NCBI RefSeq assembly: GCF_030684315.1
Contig: NC_081355.1
Span: forward strand, 28,607,316 to 28,671,315
DNA length: 64,000 nucleotides
Reading direction: 5' to 3'
From: Stegostoma tigrinum
Lineage: Eukaryota
Shown: piece after piece, positions 14,337-27,436 of the stretch
Numbering within the stretch: position 1 is the first letter of the stretch
Layout: each line of letters begins with the position of its first letter
Position numbers and translations under genes: made by a program
The notes under the pieces: generated by a model
The model's input: only the letters and a program-made list of their open reading frames with translations
Told to the model about the DNA's origin: nothing
Database searches by the model: none

Positions 14337-14507
14337 GTAAATATTGCAGGAAATGAACTCTGTTTAATGACATCCCACCTGGAGAGTACTAAAGCACATT
14401 CACAGGAACGAGTCAAACAGTTGGAGATTGTACTAAAGAAAATCAAAGAAGCACCAGAAAATATCACAGTAATATTTGGTGGTGACACCAATTTGAGAGA
14501 TCAAGAG
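14337..14507 (+). CDS. TDP2: TDP2 penultimate coding exon (SHLES and catalytic GDTN motifs)
   Basis: Polypyrimidine tract + CAG acceptor (ends 14336), GTGAGT donor at 14508; 171 nt, phase 0/0. Encodes VNIAGNELCLMTSHLESTKAHSQERVKQLEIVLKKIKEAPENITVIFGGDTNLRDQE. Confidence 0.97.
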
Positions 14508-16519
14508 GTGAGTGTGTCACTTAAAGTACATTAGGATTTTGTGAGTTTATACCCAGCTTTCATAGGATGTGTAGTACAGAAACATGCCACTGGGGCCAGC
14601 CAGCCTGTACTGTGTTTATGCTTCATTTGAGCCTCTTCCCATCATCGTTTATCTAAATCTATCATTATCACTGAAATTCCCTACTCCCTTGTATGATTCA
14701 GATATCTGGATTGATTTATTTTGTGTCAGGTTTGACTTTTTTTTCCTTCTCTTTTGCTATTAATCAAGATTCCATATCCACACTTACTAGAGTGGAAATG
14801 CAGTAAAGGGAGGGGAAAACCATAAAGATGCGTGGTAGCCATGCAAGCATGTGACCTTCTAATCCCCTATTGCCTGAGCATAAAGTGTCCTTTCAGTAAT
14901 GCACCTCTGTTCACAAAAGATTCTGCTCTTGTCCCAAGAGGTGGTTTCTTCTGTTACTTAACTGTCTTACTGCAACTTGAGTTCATTCATCTCTCTCTCT
15001 TACCTTGTCGCCTCTTGAGTGTTCACTATTTTTGTAGCCACTTTCAAGGAACCTTCTCTATTTCCCCTGGAGTTTAAGATCCAGAAAGGAATTTTATTTT
15101 TTCTACTTGGAAAAGGATCGCACCTTTTCAGTTTGTTACCAAAAAGAAATGTCCATACTTTGATTCAAAAGAAAAATACTGGCATTATTGCTTTGACCAT
15201 GAGCTGAATCGTGGAATGAAATTGCCTTTTTGAAGTCGTCATGAGCAAAATTCTGCTGCCTCTGCCCTACCATCCTTCCGTCATGTGTATTTTAAATTTG
15301 CATGACAGGTGAAGGACTGATGTAAAGGAGTTACAAAATGAAAACAGATGAATTGGTCTGACTGATCCATGTCCATAGATATTTTCCACGCAGCCAAATG
15401 TATCTAAACACTTTTTTGCTCAGCTTCTTCCAATCTTCCTTCAGTTCTTTTTCCTTCATCCACTTCTCCAATCTCATCTTGTCAGATTTTGTCTCAATCA
15501 CCAATCCTAGAAGTGAAATTCGACAACTTACAATTCGTGAAAGATCCTACTGCCCTTTGTTCAAAATATCTGACATGTGGTCTTGTATCTTGGACGCCTT
15601 GTTCTTATCTCCTTACGTATTGGAAGCCACCCTCTCAATTCAAAACAGAATGAAGTACTTAGTTTAAATTGTAAAATTCCTTCCGAACGAAACGCTTGCA
15701 TTTAATAATATAATAAACAACTGATTATCACTTTCTCTCATGGTTTCATAGCTGCATGTTGATGAACAATACAAATATCAATACAGTAGTTTTGTGATTA
15801 TATTGCTGTTGCTCATAATGACTTCTACAAAGACATTTCCTGTTATACTATATCACACTGTCTGCCTTGCGTCATCCCAACACTCCATTGTAGTTCATTT
15901 GCAATCATGGTGTGACGTCCATTATCCAATCTTGGTTGACCTCTCTGAAGCCCTAGTTGTTTTTTTCGCAGGTGTCCAAGAACCCACATTTAAAATCCTC
16001 TATTTTCTTTAGCAGGTTCTTTTAAAAATTGTTCATGTTTCTAAGAGATGTAGGAAGTTGATACAAAGTTGTACTTTATGCATTTTTTCCTTGTATCAAG
16101 GTTGAGTTTTCTTGTTTATGAATTCTTCATCGTCTTGAATTTTTTTCAGGCTCTCTCTATATACTTCTTTTGCCTTTGGCATCACATCTGCCATTTGTCC
16201 TGAGTAAACAGACTTAATCACATGTTATTGGACCATTTATTCACAGACCTAAACTATTGATCCAGAAGCAAGTGTTAAATCCCTTCATTGTAATGAGGGA
16301 ATTTAAATGTGATTAATTAAACTTGGAATCATAACTTACTCATGTCAGTAATTGAACATATGGATTGTCATAAAACTAGTTTTAATTGTGGGGTCGGAGG
16401 GAATAACTGCTATTGTTGCCAACAATGTTACTACATCCTTAACTGACTTGTCGACTACAAAGCAGCTTTATCAAAATTGCTATGAAGATTGGTAATATTA
16501 ATAAGAATTGGTAATATTA

Positions 16520-16925
16520 ATGATGGAGTCCCACATCATTGACAGAGGAGTTTCTAAAGCCACTTCCTCTCCCTTTTCATTGTTTACTGTCCACCATTGT
16601 TTATGGAATGAGGCAGAACTGCAGAGTCCTCTGATCCGAATGGTTACAGAATTGCTTAACTTTATCTATTAACCATGCCTGTCAAGTTTTAATGACCTAA
16701 AAGGAATAAAGGCTCACCCACCTCCATCATCTTAGCAAAGTCCTCACTAATGTCTGGTGTCAAAGTGCCAGGTTAATAGATAAAGTTAAGCAATTCTGTA
16801 ACCATTCGGATCAGAGGACTCTGCAGTTCTGCCTCATTCCATAAACAATGGTGGACAGTAAACAATGAAAAGGGAGAGGAAGTGGCTTTAGAAACTCCTC
16901 TGTCAATGATGTGGGACTCCATCAT
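16520..16925. repeat. 155-bp inverted repeat with 96-bp spacer, arms identical by eye
   Basis: 16520-16674 is the reverse complement of 16771-16925. Confidence 0.95.
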
Positions 16926-16934
16926 CTGAATGAA

Positions 16935-17652
16935 GAAGCATAGTGTTGTGGTTGGTTGGCTCGCCAAGCTGGTTCATTGTTATTCTGCAGCTGTTTCACT
17001 ACTGTGCTGGGTAACATCATCAGTACCGCCTCCGATGAAACTCTGTGTTTTTCTGCCTGGTTTTTAAACTCTGAAGTCCACTGAGCTGGATTACCTTGCT
17101 TCTGGTTTTCCTTCGCAGTGGAGTGTATATGGATTTGAGTTCTATGTGTTTGATGGCTTTCTTCATGTAGTACCAGGTTTGTACAACCTCGCGTGCCTGT
17201 TTCTGCTTTGCTTGTCCAAGGATCTGGGCATTATCCCAGTTGAATTGGTGGTTCTCCTTATTCATGTGGATAGAGATGAGTGAGTATTGGTCGTGTCTTT
17301 TTGTAGCCAGTTGGTGTTCGTGTGCCCTTGTAGTTAATTTCCTTCCTGTTTGTCCGATGTACTGTTTGTCACAGTCTCTGCAGGGAATCATATATATGAC
17401 ATTGGCCCAGTCCATAGTTGGTACTGTGTCTTTGGTTCGGATGAGTAGTTCTTGTAGGAATAATGAGGGTTTGTGTGCCACTCTGATGCCCAGCAGTTGT
17501 AGGAATCTTATGATTAGTTCCAATGTGTTCCTGATGTCAGGTAGCGTGATGAGTGTGTCGGGGCGTGAAGTATCTTCCTGGCTTTTGTGTAGGCATCTTC
17601 TGACCAACCACGACACCCATAACCCGAGGTACGAATCTACTCCAAAACCTTA
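16935..17652 (-). mobile_element. Penelope-like element 3' fragment (GIY-YIG endonuclease; Penelope/Poseidon-type), with short inverted terminal piece
   Basis: ORF 17020-17616: NVIYMIPCRDCDKQYIGQTGRKLTTRAHEH; no Cys-rich linker before the EN. Degenerate hammerhead core at ~16990-17025 (-); plus-strand terminal-tail piece at ~17596-17652. Confidence 0.88.
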
Positions 17653-18429
17653 CTGAAGAAGAATAGGCTAAGAATTTGCTGTCATTTTCAGCCAACAGCA
17701 CAGAGATGTTCCAAGTCTTCCACCTCCTAATACCAGTTTTCAGCCAATTTGATTCATTCCACATGATATGAGAAGATGGTACTTGATGATATCCTAGCTC
17801 TGGTGCTGAAGATATTTGCTGTATAACTAACCATGCTGTTGGCAGGGCTTTTCCATTACAGCTATAATACTGGCATTTATCTGACAAAGTCAAAAATGAT
17901 CAGGTATATCCTGTCCACAAAAAGCAGAACCGTTGTCCAATCCAGTCATTTACCACTTTGACAGCCCACTCTTAATTATCAGCAAAATGATGGAAGATAT
18001 CCTCAGCAGTGCTCTTAAATGGCTCTTCAAGAGAGATAACTTGTTCACTGGCACTTAGCATGGATTTTGCCAAGGCTACCTGGCCCCAAGCCCTATTACA
18101 GTCTTGTTCCAAAAATGGATAAAAGAGCTGAATTCTAGATATGAGGTAACTGTCCTTGTCATTAGGGCAACATTTGATCAAACATTGCATCAAGGAGCCT
18201 TCAGAAAATTGATGCCACCAGGAATTGGCTAAACCTCTCCATTTGCTGCAGATGTACATGTGCACAAAAAAGATACTAATGGTTATTGAAGGCTGATCAT
18301 CTCAGCCCTTGAACATCACTGAAGGTATTCCTCTGGTTGTCCTACAGCCAACCAATTCCATGTACATTTGCCCTTCATGGGGTCAAAAATGTACATGTTC
18401 ACTGATAATTGCAGTATCCGTATAATAAA

Positions 18430-19225
18430 ATGGGCAGATCAGTAGCAAGTGGAATTTAACCCTCCTAGCTGGAAGAAGGAGCATGTAAAGGGAGTGTTGG
18501 ATGAATGAAAGGCCACTAGATTTCAGAGGGGTGCGTGTCCACAGATCCCTGAAGTTGACAGGACAGATTATTAGGGTTGACTTTTAAAAAATAACACATA
18601 CAGGACGCTAGCTTTTATCAGTTGTGGCATAAATTATAAGCGCAGGGAAGTCATGTTGAAACTGTACAAAACTTTGGTTAGACCACAGCCAGAGTATTGT
18701 ATGGAGGCTAGTCACCACATTTTAGGAAGTTATTCACATCAGAAGTGATGCAGAAGGGGTTCACCGAAATGTTGCCTGGGTTGGAGCACTTCAGTTATGA
18801 AGATCGGCTGATTAAGCTTGGATTGTTTTCTTTGGACCCCACAGAAGGTTGAGGGGAGAACCTGATAGAAGTGTATGAGATTGAGGGGCATGGACAGCAT
18901 GAATAGAAAGCAGTGGTACTCCTTAGTCAGAGGGTCAGTAACAAGGTGGCATCATTTTAAAGTGAAATGCAAGAGGTTTGGGGGGGGAATTTAAAGAAAA
19001 ACTTTAACTAAGAGAGCGGTGGGATCTGGAATGCACTCGTTTGGAGGGTAGTTGAGGTGGGAAACTTCACAACCTTTAAAAAGTACTTGAATAAGTGCTT
19101 GATGTGCATTCGTGGCCATGGGCCTAGTGTGGGAAAGTTGGACCAGGGTAGGTGGTGGTATATTTTTGGTGGTACAAACTTGATGGGCTGAGGGCACTCT
19201 TCTGCACTGTTTGATTGTAGATCCA
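18430..19225 (+). mobile_element. CR1 3' fragment nested in another LINE
   Basis: Remnants of CR1 RT C-terminus (gttagaccacagccagagtattgt...) and tail gggctgagggcactcttctgcactgt. Confidence 0.8.
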
Positions 19226-20717
19226 GTTCAATTTGCAATTCCCCAAATAATGGAATAGTCTGTTCCAATGCAGCAGGATCTGGAGAGCATCAAGGCTTGA
19301 ATTTAACTAACATTTGGGTCTTACAAGTGCCAAGGAATGATGGTCTCCAATGTGAATGCCTACCGGCTCCTCCTGATGGCTGCAGAGCATCATCATCTCA
19401 GAGTTCCACTATCAACATCCAAGGGCTTAGCATTGATTATTCAGATTGGTCTGTCTCTCACGTGAGCTGTCGCTGTCACTCTCCGCATCTCCTTTGTCTG
19501 CCCTCACTCTGCTAGAGCAGGTCTGAGGCTATGAGTTCTTAACAAGGTCTCATCACTTGATTTGCCTGGTATCCACAAGACACAAGTATATGATGCACTT
19601 AGGTGAAGGAGTTGAGCTTCGGTAGCAAACTAAATTAGAAACCACCCAAACCAAAAGAATCTATTTGATTTACACATCATCTGTCACCTTAAACGTTAAC
19701 TTTCTACCTCAGTGGTGCCCAATTGTAGAAATTTGCATTTACAAGACATATTACAACAACTTGCCAAGATTCCACATTCCTTAATACTTTACTACGTGAA
19801 GAGTTAACTGACAGCCCTAGTGTGTGTCTTGTTATGACATTACACAGTGATATATCCGCTGAGTATTCATTTGTGTGCATTTCCCCTTTTGATTAAAATT
19901 TATTTCCATTTTGACAGTAGTTAGTGATATTACGTCGGTATACGCAATGTGCACAATCTCATTTAATTAAGATCATCATGAAAATGCTGATCGCAACTCC
20001 AAAAAGCCGATGTTCAATGAAAATATTTGATCTTTTAACAGACTTAACAGATACTGGCAAAGTATGGTGCCTCATTCTTTTGTTTTATCTTCATTTCTAA
20101 TCTGTCTTCCAGTGCTCCTTGCTTCTGAATTCAAGACCTGAATGTGCCTTTTGGGGTGGCGGGGGGGAAACGTGTCACAGGAATTCAAACATTGCCTATG
20201 GTGATTGTGGATGTGTAATTCTGTTTTGTTTTCCTTTTATAATCGGTTACATCTAAACGGTTTGTGATTTCTATAATGCTGTTTTCTTTTGAACAGTTTT
20301 ACCAATATGGTTTAATTTTATACTGGAGTGCAAGGAATGATCTTTAGGTTTTCTTTGTAAAAGTCCTTCAGAATTTTTGTAACAGAGTGCACTTACAATC
20401 TCTGCTTCCATAAGCCCTTAGCTACTATCCAAAGCACACGTTTTAAAAACTTTATTCTGATGTCTACTCACAAGTAAATAAAATGAGCAATTATTAGCTT
20501 GGGAGTATTTTGAAATACCAAGCATCTTTGTGCTGGAGTTGCTGAAAGTAATTTGTCAGTTGTTACCTCACTACATGCTAGAAATCCCTTGGCTTGCATC
20601 CAATTTCATTCTAAGATGTTGAAGTTGAAGGAGAAAGTTTGTGCATTTCAGTGTGTGACTTGTGTTAAAGCACTGCAGAGACCTATCATCTTTCCTCAAC
20701 ATGTGTTTTATTTACAG

Positions 20718-20996
20718 GTTACAAAGGTTGGAGGTTTGCCAGAAGGTGTGTTGGATGTCTGGGAGTTCTTAAACAAACCTGAACATTGTCGATATACCTG
20801 GGACACTAAAACTAACAGTAACCTGAAAGCACAGTACACTTGCAGACTCCGCTTTGATCGTATGTTTTACAGGGCAGCCAGTGAAGGTCAGATAGTTCCA
20901 CAACAAATGACCCTTGTTGGACAAGACAAGTTGGATTGTGGGCGTTTTTGCAGTGATCACTGGGGGCTCCTGTGTGACTTTGATGTCATATTGTGA
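20718..20996 (+). CDS. TDP2: TDP2 terminal coding exon (TWDT, RFDR, SDH motifs; TGA stop)
   Basis: tttatttacag acceptor ends 20717. Encodes VTKVGGLPEGVLDVWEFLNKPEHCRYTWDT...LRFDRMFYR...LDCGRFCSDHWGLLCDFDVIL*, the TDP2 EEP-domain C-terminus. Confidence 0.97.
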   Translation, partial: VTKVGGLPEGVLDVWEFLNKPEHCRYTWDTKTNSNLKAQYTCRLRFDRMFYRAASEGQIVPQQMTLVGQDKLDCGRFCSDHWGLLCDFDVIL

Positions 20997-21626
20997 GTCT
21001 TAGCTATGGTAGGTAGAGTAGAAGGCAACACTCAGAATATAATACACATGAAATTTCTACTAAGGTGATCTGTAATAACTTGGTTATTCAGAGTACTTTG
21101 AGTGATCAGCTGTCTTATCATGTTTTCCTGATTAAAGTGATCATGCCAGTTCACGCTTGTGTTTCCAATCCCCTTCTGAAGAACCAGAGGAGTCGATTTA
21201 GTGAAACAGGAAAGTTTCAGCTGCGGTGACATAGGCATTAGGTTGTGTTATTGGAGCAGAGATTCTAATAGGCTATGTATGCTTAATGCTGAGGCAGAGT
21301 TCTTTCAGTGGTAATTGTTTCGTTCGTTAGCACATCTCTTGCCTTGCTGAGTATAACTTAATTACCCTGCAGTTTCTTTTTAAAACGTTGTGACAGAATG
21401 CTTTTTAAGGTCGCTGTCTTGTTTCTTTATCATTATAGCTATGTTCAGAGAGCTTAGAAATTTGACATTTGTGCACTTGTAGAGTGCAGAAGGCTTCAAG
21501 ATGCAATATGTAAAATGTAATCTTAAATTATGAAGACGGCAGAACTCACCGTCCTCTTAAATGTCAATGTGTAATTGATAAAACACAATCCTTGCTTTTA
21601 AATATGTTCCTAATACTAATGTTGAG

Positions 21627-21632
21627 AATAAA
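21627..21632 (+). terminator. Candidate TDP2 polyadenylation signal AATAAA
   Basis: Canonical AATAAA ~630 nt after the stop with a U-rich stretch downstream (~21660); use not verifiable from sequence. Confidence 0.35.
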
Positions 21633-21771
21633 GAAATCTTATAAAAGAAAATCAGAATGCGTTTTATTTTCTCAAGAAAATTTTCATGAGTAAATGCAAG
21701 TTTTCTGTTTTGAAATAGTGCAATGATACAAAGTGATAGAAAAGCAAAGCACAGTAGTGTATAGGATGGAA

Positions 21772-22030
21772 CAAAACCAAAGTTGCTGGAAAAGCTCAGC
21801 AGGTCTGGCAGCATCTGTGGAGGAGAGAACAGAGTTAACATTTCGGGTCTGGTCACCGTTCCTCAGAACTGATGTTCTGAGCTCTTCCTCAGTTCTGAGG
21901 AAGGGTCACCAGACTGGAAACATTAACTCTGTTTTCTCCTCCACAGATGCTGTCAGACCTGCTGAGCTTTTCCAGCAACTTTGGTCTTGTTCCTGATGTA
22001 CAGCATCCACAGTTCTTTTGGTTTTTATTT
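21772..22030. mobile_element. Palindromic non-autonomous PLE derivative with 14-bp TSD and two hammerhead cores
   Basis: TGTATAGGATGGAA at 21758-21771 and 22031-22044; ~100-bp inverted arms; CTGAGGA..GAAA cores on both strands. Confidence 0.9.
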
Positions 22031-25000
22031 TGTATAGGATGGAAATTCCCTTTCTACAGCTGACAGGAGTCTGTGGTTCCATTGTTCTGTGTGGAAGGAA
22101 AGTCAGATGGGAGAGTATTTGCAAGGATACCAAGAGACTGAAACACTGAGAAAGAAAAGCATTCGCTAAAGCCTGAGACTTGTATTATCTGAACTTTCTG
22201 TAGCAGGTGTGATGTAACTGAATGCCAGCATACTTGCAGCATACAAGTTATCCCATCACCACTTAGTTATTAGTGAGAAAAAGTCTTGCTGAGGTCACTA
22301 AGCACAGAGTAAACAGCTTGCTCAAAGTTTATGTTCTCCCTCTGATTCTGAAGTCAACAGCAGTTATTTCTAAATGTGTTTTTAGTTTCCTGTTAGTGGG
22401 AGTTTAGGTTTTTTTAGACTGTAAGGGTTAAATGATATTTCTGCACTACAAGTAAAGGGCAGGTTTCAACATTGCATGTAGCAAACCTTATGAGGCTGTT
22501 GTCTCATTTTTTGGGACTTACAACTTCCATCAATGAGAGAGAATACATACAACTGGAGAATAACATGAATAATCCATAGCTTTCTATATATTGAACTGTA
22601 CTTAATTGTGGTATGTGGGTGTTGTGAGGAAGGCTGGCATTTAATGCCCGTTCTTAATTGGCATTGTGATGGCTGGGTCTTCTGACCAATTGTAGTCTTT
22701 TTGGTGAAGGTTGTTAGCATACTCACCCTGGGGGGTTGGGGAGGTGGGGAAGTGAGAAGTGACATCTTACTTCCAGATTATTTTTCTGCATGTATACACA
22801 AAGTGAAATCTTCCGTATTTTTCCTTGTTCTTGAATTTTCCTGAACTAATTTGTCTTTTTGAACCTCTAGGATTTAGAAATAAAGTTAGGTTTATATGTG
22901 ACGTGAATTGTATGGAATGGGGATTTCAACTGTTAATTATTTGGGTGGCCAGTCAGGCTGAGAAGGTATCAAATTTGGAATGGGCAAAATACATCTTGAT
23001 AGTTTGGTCAGGTGATTCTTAAAAGAATATGAATGAAATTGGTTAGTAGTGCAGAATGATAATCCATATTGGTTATTTACTGCATCAAGCAGGTTTGTAA
23101 AGGTGGCAGTTGTTGTAATGTTCATCAAGCCATTGCAAATTCTGATAAGGATGGTTTTGGAAATCTGTACTCCTGTGAAACTGACAAAGGTATTAATGTG
23201 TACTAGTACTTTTTAGGCTGCTACTTAATAATATCTTCTGGCAAATTGGTTGGAAATGGTGAAATATATGATTGATTGAATCTCTATCTTTGTAATTTAT
23301 AATATTAATAGGCAGAAGACCTGCCACCACCCGCTGAATAGAAAATTTCTGGATAAAGGGATCCATAACTGCCACAGGATCTTCTAGACAGTGTTGTAAT
23401 TCCTCCAGTGTGATGAATGCTATCACAACTCACTACAATAGTATGCTGGAAATCAAGCCCCACTATTTCTGGAGTCATCACAAAAAGTTAAAGATTTTAA
23501 AATAAAATGCACAAAATTCCCCAGTTTACCTGATTTTCAGACCCAAGTTGACAGAGAATTTGGACCAGATTTTTGTTCTTAACAAGAATTGCTATTTTAT
23601 TAGAAGTAATTAGACTCTAGCTACAGGTAAACAGTTATATGTTGGCATATAACACTACAAATTAAAAAATATCTGTTACAACCTCCCAATTGCTTCTGTG
23701 TGTCAATGTGCACACAAGCAGACGAGGTTATGAGCAAAGGAGAATTGAGAGGCAGGTCAGTGGTTCATATTCAAGGGTTTGTGAGATGGTTCTTTATGAT
23801 TCAAGTGCTGGTCAGCACATTGTGTTTCAGTTTTTTTTTCCCCAGATGCTTCCACTGGTTTGCAAGAGACCTAGGGTGGCTGGTTCACTTATACAAGATT
23901 TCTGAAGTGTCAGTTAAAATTGCAACTTACAACTGCTGAAGGCAAAATGAACTTGTTTTCTTTAGGTTTAAAATGGGTTTGACTGCAGCAAACGGAGAAA
24001 TTGGTTTCTGTTCTGGTGGAAGCCTGTACGCTTCTCTGTATCCTGTTCCAGCCCCAAGCTGTATCACAAAGTTGTTGACAGGCAAAAAGACTTTTGTCAT
24101 TGGTCTATAGACTAGTGACCAGTTATCAATGAATTTCTTGTTGCTACCCACCTTCATCTGTACATAGAATCCCTTGGCTTCAATTTGCCGACAACCACTA
24201 CAGGCCCCTGAAAAAAACTTGTTCAAACATGTTATGGAGTAGGTGGGACTTGAACCTGGGACTTCTGCCACCGCACCTCAAGAACCCCTGACACTTGTCT
24301 TTTGTACTTTTTAGTAGCAACTACCAGAACCTTTCAATTTCAAAATATAGCAGCCGACTGCTGTGAAAAGTTGTGGTTTGCCTTCCTCAGGTAGTTCTGT
24401 GCTATGAAAGAACTGTCAGAATAGTCAAATGCCTTGGTGCTTCAGGGACACCTGAGCAGAATCTCCTGTCAGCAATGTAGAGCTCCCTTCTTTCATTTTA
24501 AAACACAAAAAGGGGCTGGAGTAGTAATCAACGTGATCTAATTAAATGGCAGAGCAGACCTGATGATAGGAACAGGCCTCATCCTATTGCTATGTTTATA
24601 TCCTCTTCGCACCCTCACTTTGGCTGCAACCTCTAACCAGTCCATCAAGTCTTGTGCTCACTGGAATCTGTGAGCATCTGCAAGATCTGGACTTCACCTT
24701 GCTTTAAATCTGCTGTATTCACCCTGCCAGCCGCTGGCTTATGATCTCCTTCATATGCAGGGATTCACACCCAGCTTGCTTCTGGGCAGAGGACTGGGTT
24801 GGAAAACAAAAGATGTCAAATTTGAGCTTATGGACTTGCTGGCCAAAACTCATTCCTCCCAACTGTCAAATGAATGTTAGAATCGTTTAGTGTTTCTCTT
24901 TGCACAATACCGATTGATCTGCTGAATATGTCAGGTTTCGAGCTTGAGCAGTATTTGCTTTTGAAACAGGAAATGTAAAATGCGAACAGGAATGAGGGAT

Positions 25001-27019
25001 ATTCACTAGCAAAAGTGGAAACAAAAGGACTTAAATGAGATTATTGATCATCCAGTGAGTGCCCAGGCAATATGACACTATTATTGATATGGTAAATATA
25101 ATACTTAGTGCATTTCTAACACATTTCAGTTCAAATAAATTACTTTAACCTTTGATTTCACATTTGTGAGCTGTGTTTGAAATACTGTGTGTAGTTTTGG
25201 GAACTCTGTGTTGGACAGTGATCAGTGAAGTTTGTTTCCTATGCTGAATTGTGTAGAAGGCATTAATTTATTACATTGTTGTCTGTGCAATTCAACACAC
25301 TTGTCTCCACTTGCAGTATTATCTTGCCCTGCATCCAGTAACTGAGTTTTCCAAGTTTGGTTTTATATTTTAAGTAGAAAACAGTTTTGCCTTGTCTTGG
25401 GTTGCGTTGGCAATAGAAAAACATTTCGATGTGTGCAGATCAACTGCCTAATCTTAACCCACCACATTGACCTCTACATTTCGACCCGGTGAGTATCATT
25501 TGTTCATCGGCAGAGCTCTTGGGGTCAGGAGAAGAATCAAGCCTTCGAACAAACTAAGGTGCAAGGAAATGGTTCAGAGGACAACTAAAGATGGTTTCAG
25601 GTATATAAGCATGACTTATCATGTTGTGGAAAGAATGTATCAAGTCTGATTTGGGAAATGGGCCTGGACCTGAGTCCATAGTACCACATTACGCAAGTGC
25701 GTCAAATTATGCATTTCCAGTTTTCCGTAGTTTTCTGAAGCAAATATTGTAGGCATCACTTCCAACAGTAACTGGGGAAAATTATTCATATCTTCCCAAA
25801 ACAGCAATGATAAAATCAAATTTTATTTCAAGATGACTCATGGTTTAATGACTCGTGACAAACAGAATACTGGGAACAAGCCTTAAAAAAATGGTCTTTC
25901 TGCTATTATGTACCAACATTACTATTGTCACTAGTGACCAATTCTCAGTAAAAAAAGTTTCAGCGACTTTTTAAAGTGAGTCCTCGGGCTGATAGACGTG
26001 TGGTAGTTAAGAGGGTCTTAAAATGCTGTTCGAAAGATTTTTTTCTTAGATTATTTAAGATTTTGGTTTATATTTTTTATCGGCAAGTTAATAGCCCTAT
26101 TCTGAACACTTTTATGAGTCCTTAGAAGGTAGAAAATCATCAACCACTCCAGGATTTCAGCCACATAGCCTTTCAAATGAACTTAGTAGGCCAATACAGC
26201 ATTTTCACACTGCAGCAAAACCTTTGTCTAATGTGACATGGAAAGTGTGAATTTAACTGATTAATTTTCAATGAATCAATATCTCTTTTTGGACTATTAA
26301 CTTATGGGTGATTATATTCTAAATTGACAAATAGTGTATGACTATTCTCTTAATTTGCATTTTCCAAGAAAGGAATTTTATCTTTCGTTATTTCCTCTGC
26401 TCCCTTTCATGCAGGAAAGGCTTCAGTTTGTTTAACTTCATTCATGAAAAAATTATTCTCAGATCTTTTGGAATGAAATATCTTTCACTGGCCTAGATGC
26501 TTCCTGGAAGGTTGGGTGCATTACCTCAGAATAGTCATTAATTCAAGCTCATTTCCTCATGGGACCTTTTAACAGATAACAGTCTGTTCAAGCTTTGAAA
26601 TATGACAAGTGGCTCTCAGTAATGAGTACATTGTCGTGCCTTTGAGATGAGATTTTGTTGAAAAGCACGTAATGAAAAGTTGAATTATTTTATCATTCAG
26701 GAAGACTGTGATTGTAAATTGGCCATCTTTATTTCTGAATTGTTATTAAATCTTGCTCTAACAAAGCTGATTTCATGGATTAGCCTATTTACCATATCAC
26801 TGTTATTTGGAAATCTCTTGTACTGTGGATTTCTGATGCTAAGATTTGTGAAAAGGCCTAGGTCTTTCTTTTGCCCAGCCTTCAACACTGTTGGATCTTT
26901 CACTTTGTTTTTCACGTTTAAAAAAATTCTATAAAATTAATTATGAGCAGCTATAGAAGATGATGAATTTAAAAGACAATTGTGTATCTTTCTGGTTGGA
27001 TAGTAGGTAGGGGTTGAAT

Positions 27020-27410
27020 GTCAATTATGACTCCGTGGGTAGTTCATTCACTTTTCTAGCACAATGTTCTGGATTCTGCATCATCAGAGGTGCTGTCTGT
27101 TAAATAAGGCATTGAATCAAGCGTCTGCCCTCGGTGGATATGAAAGATCTCATGGCTGTATTTGTAAGAAGATTGGGAAAGGCCCTTGGTGTTCCAGCCA
27201 ATATTTATATCGCCATCAATAACAAGAATCAGATTATTTGATTATTATGACATTTTTATTTGTGTGAGCTTGCTACATGCAAAAGTGATAGTGATTGTCA
27301 CATTTCTTGCATTACAACAAGTGACTATTCCTCAAATAATAAATTGACTGAAAAACACCTTGAAATGACCTGTGGTCATGAACAGTACAATATAAATGTA
27401 AGTATTTGTT
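27020..27410 (+). mobile_element. DeuSINE (SacSINE1/AmnSINE-like Deu domain)
   Basis: gaggtgctgtc...ggtggatatgaaagatctcatggctgtattt...cagccaatatttat...cagattat...tatataaatgtaagt. Further copies at ~35020-35390(-), 47140-47560(-), 48280-48620(+), 57560-57720(-). Confidence 0.75.
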
Positions 27411-27436
27411 TTATCTGTCAAATATATATGGATTTA

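Noticed and set aside
23690-24110. Possible extra exons/ORFs between the genes (acceptor-like sites near 23844 and 23965)
   Set aside because: No recognisable protein similarity or consistent donor/frame.
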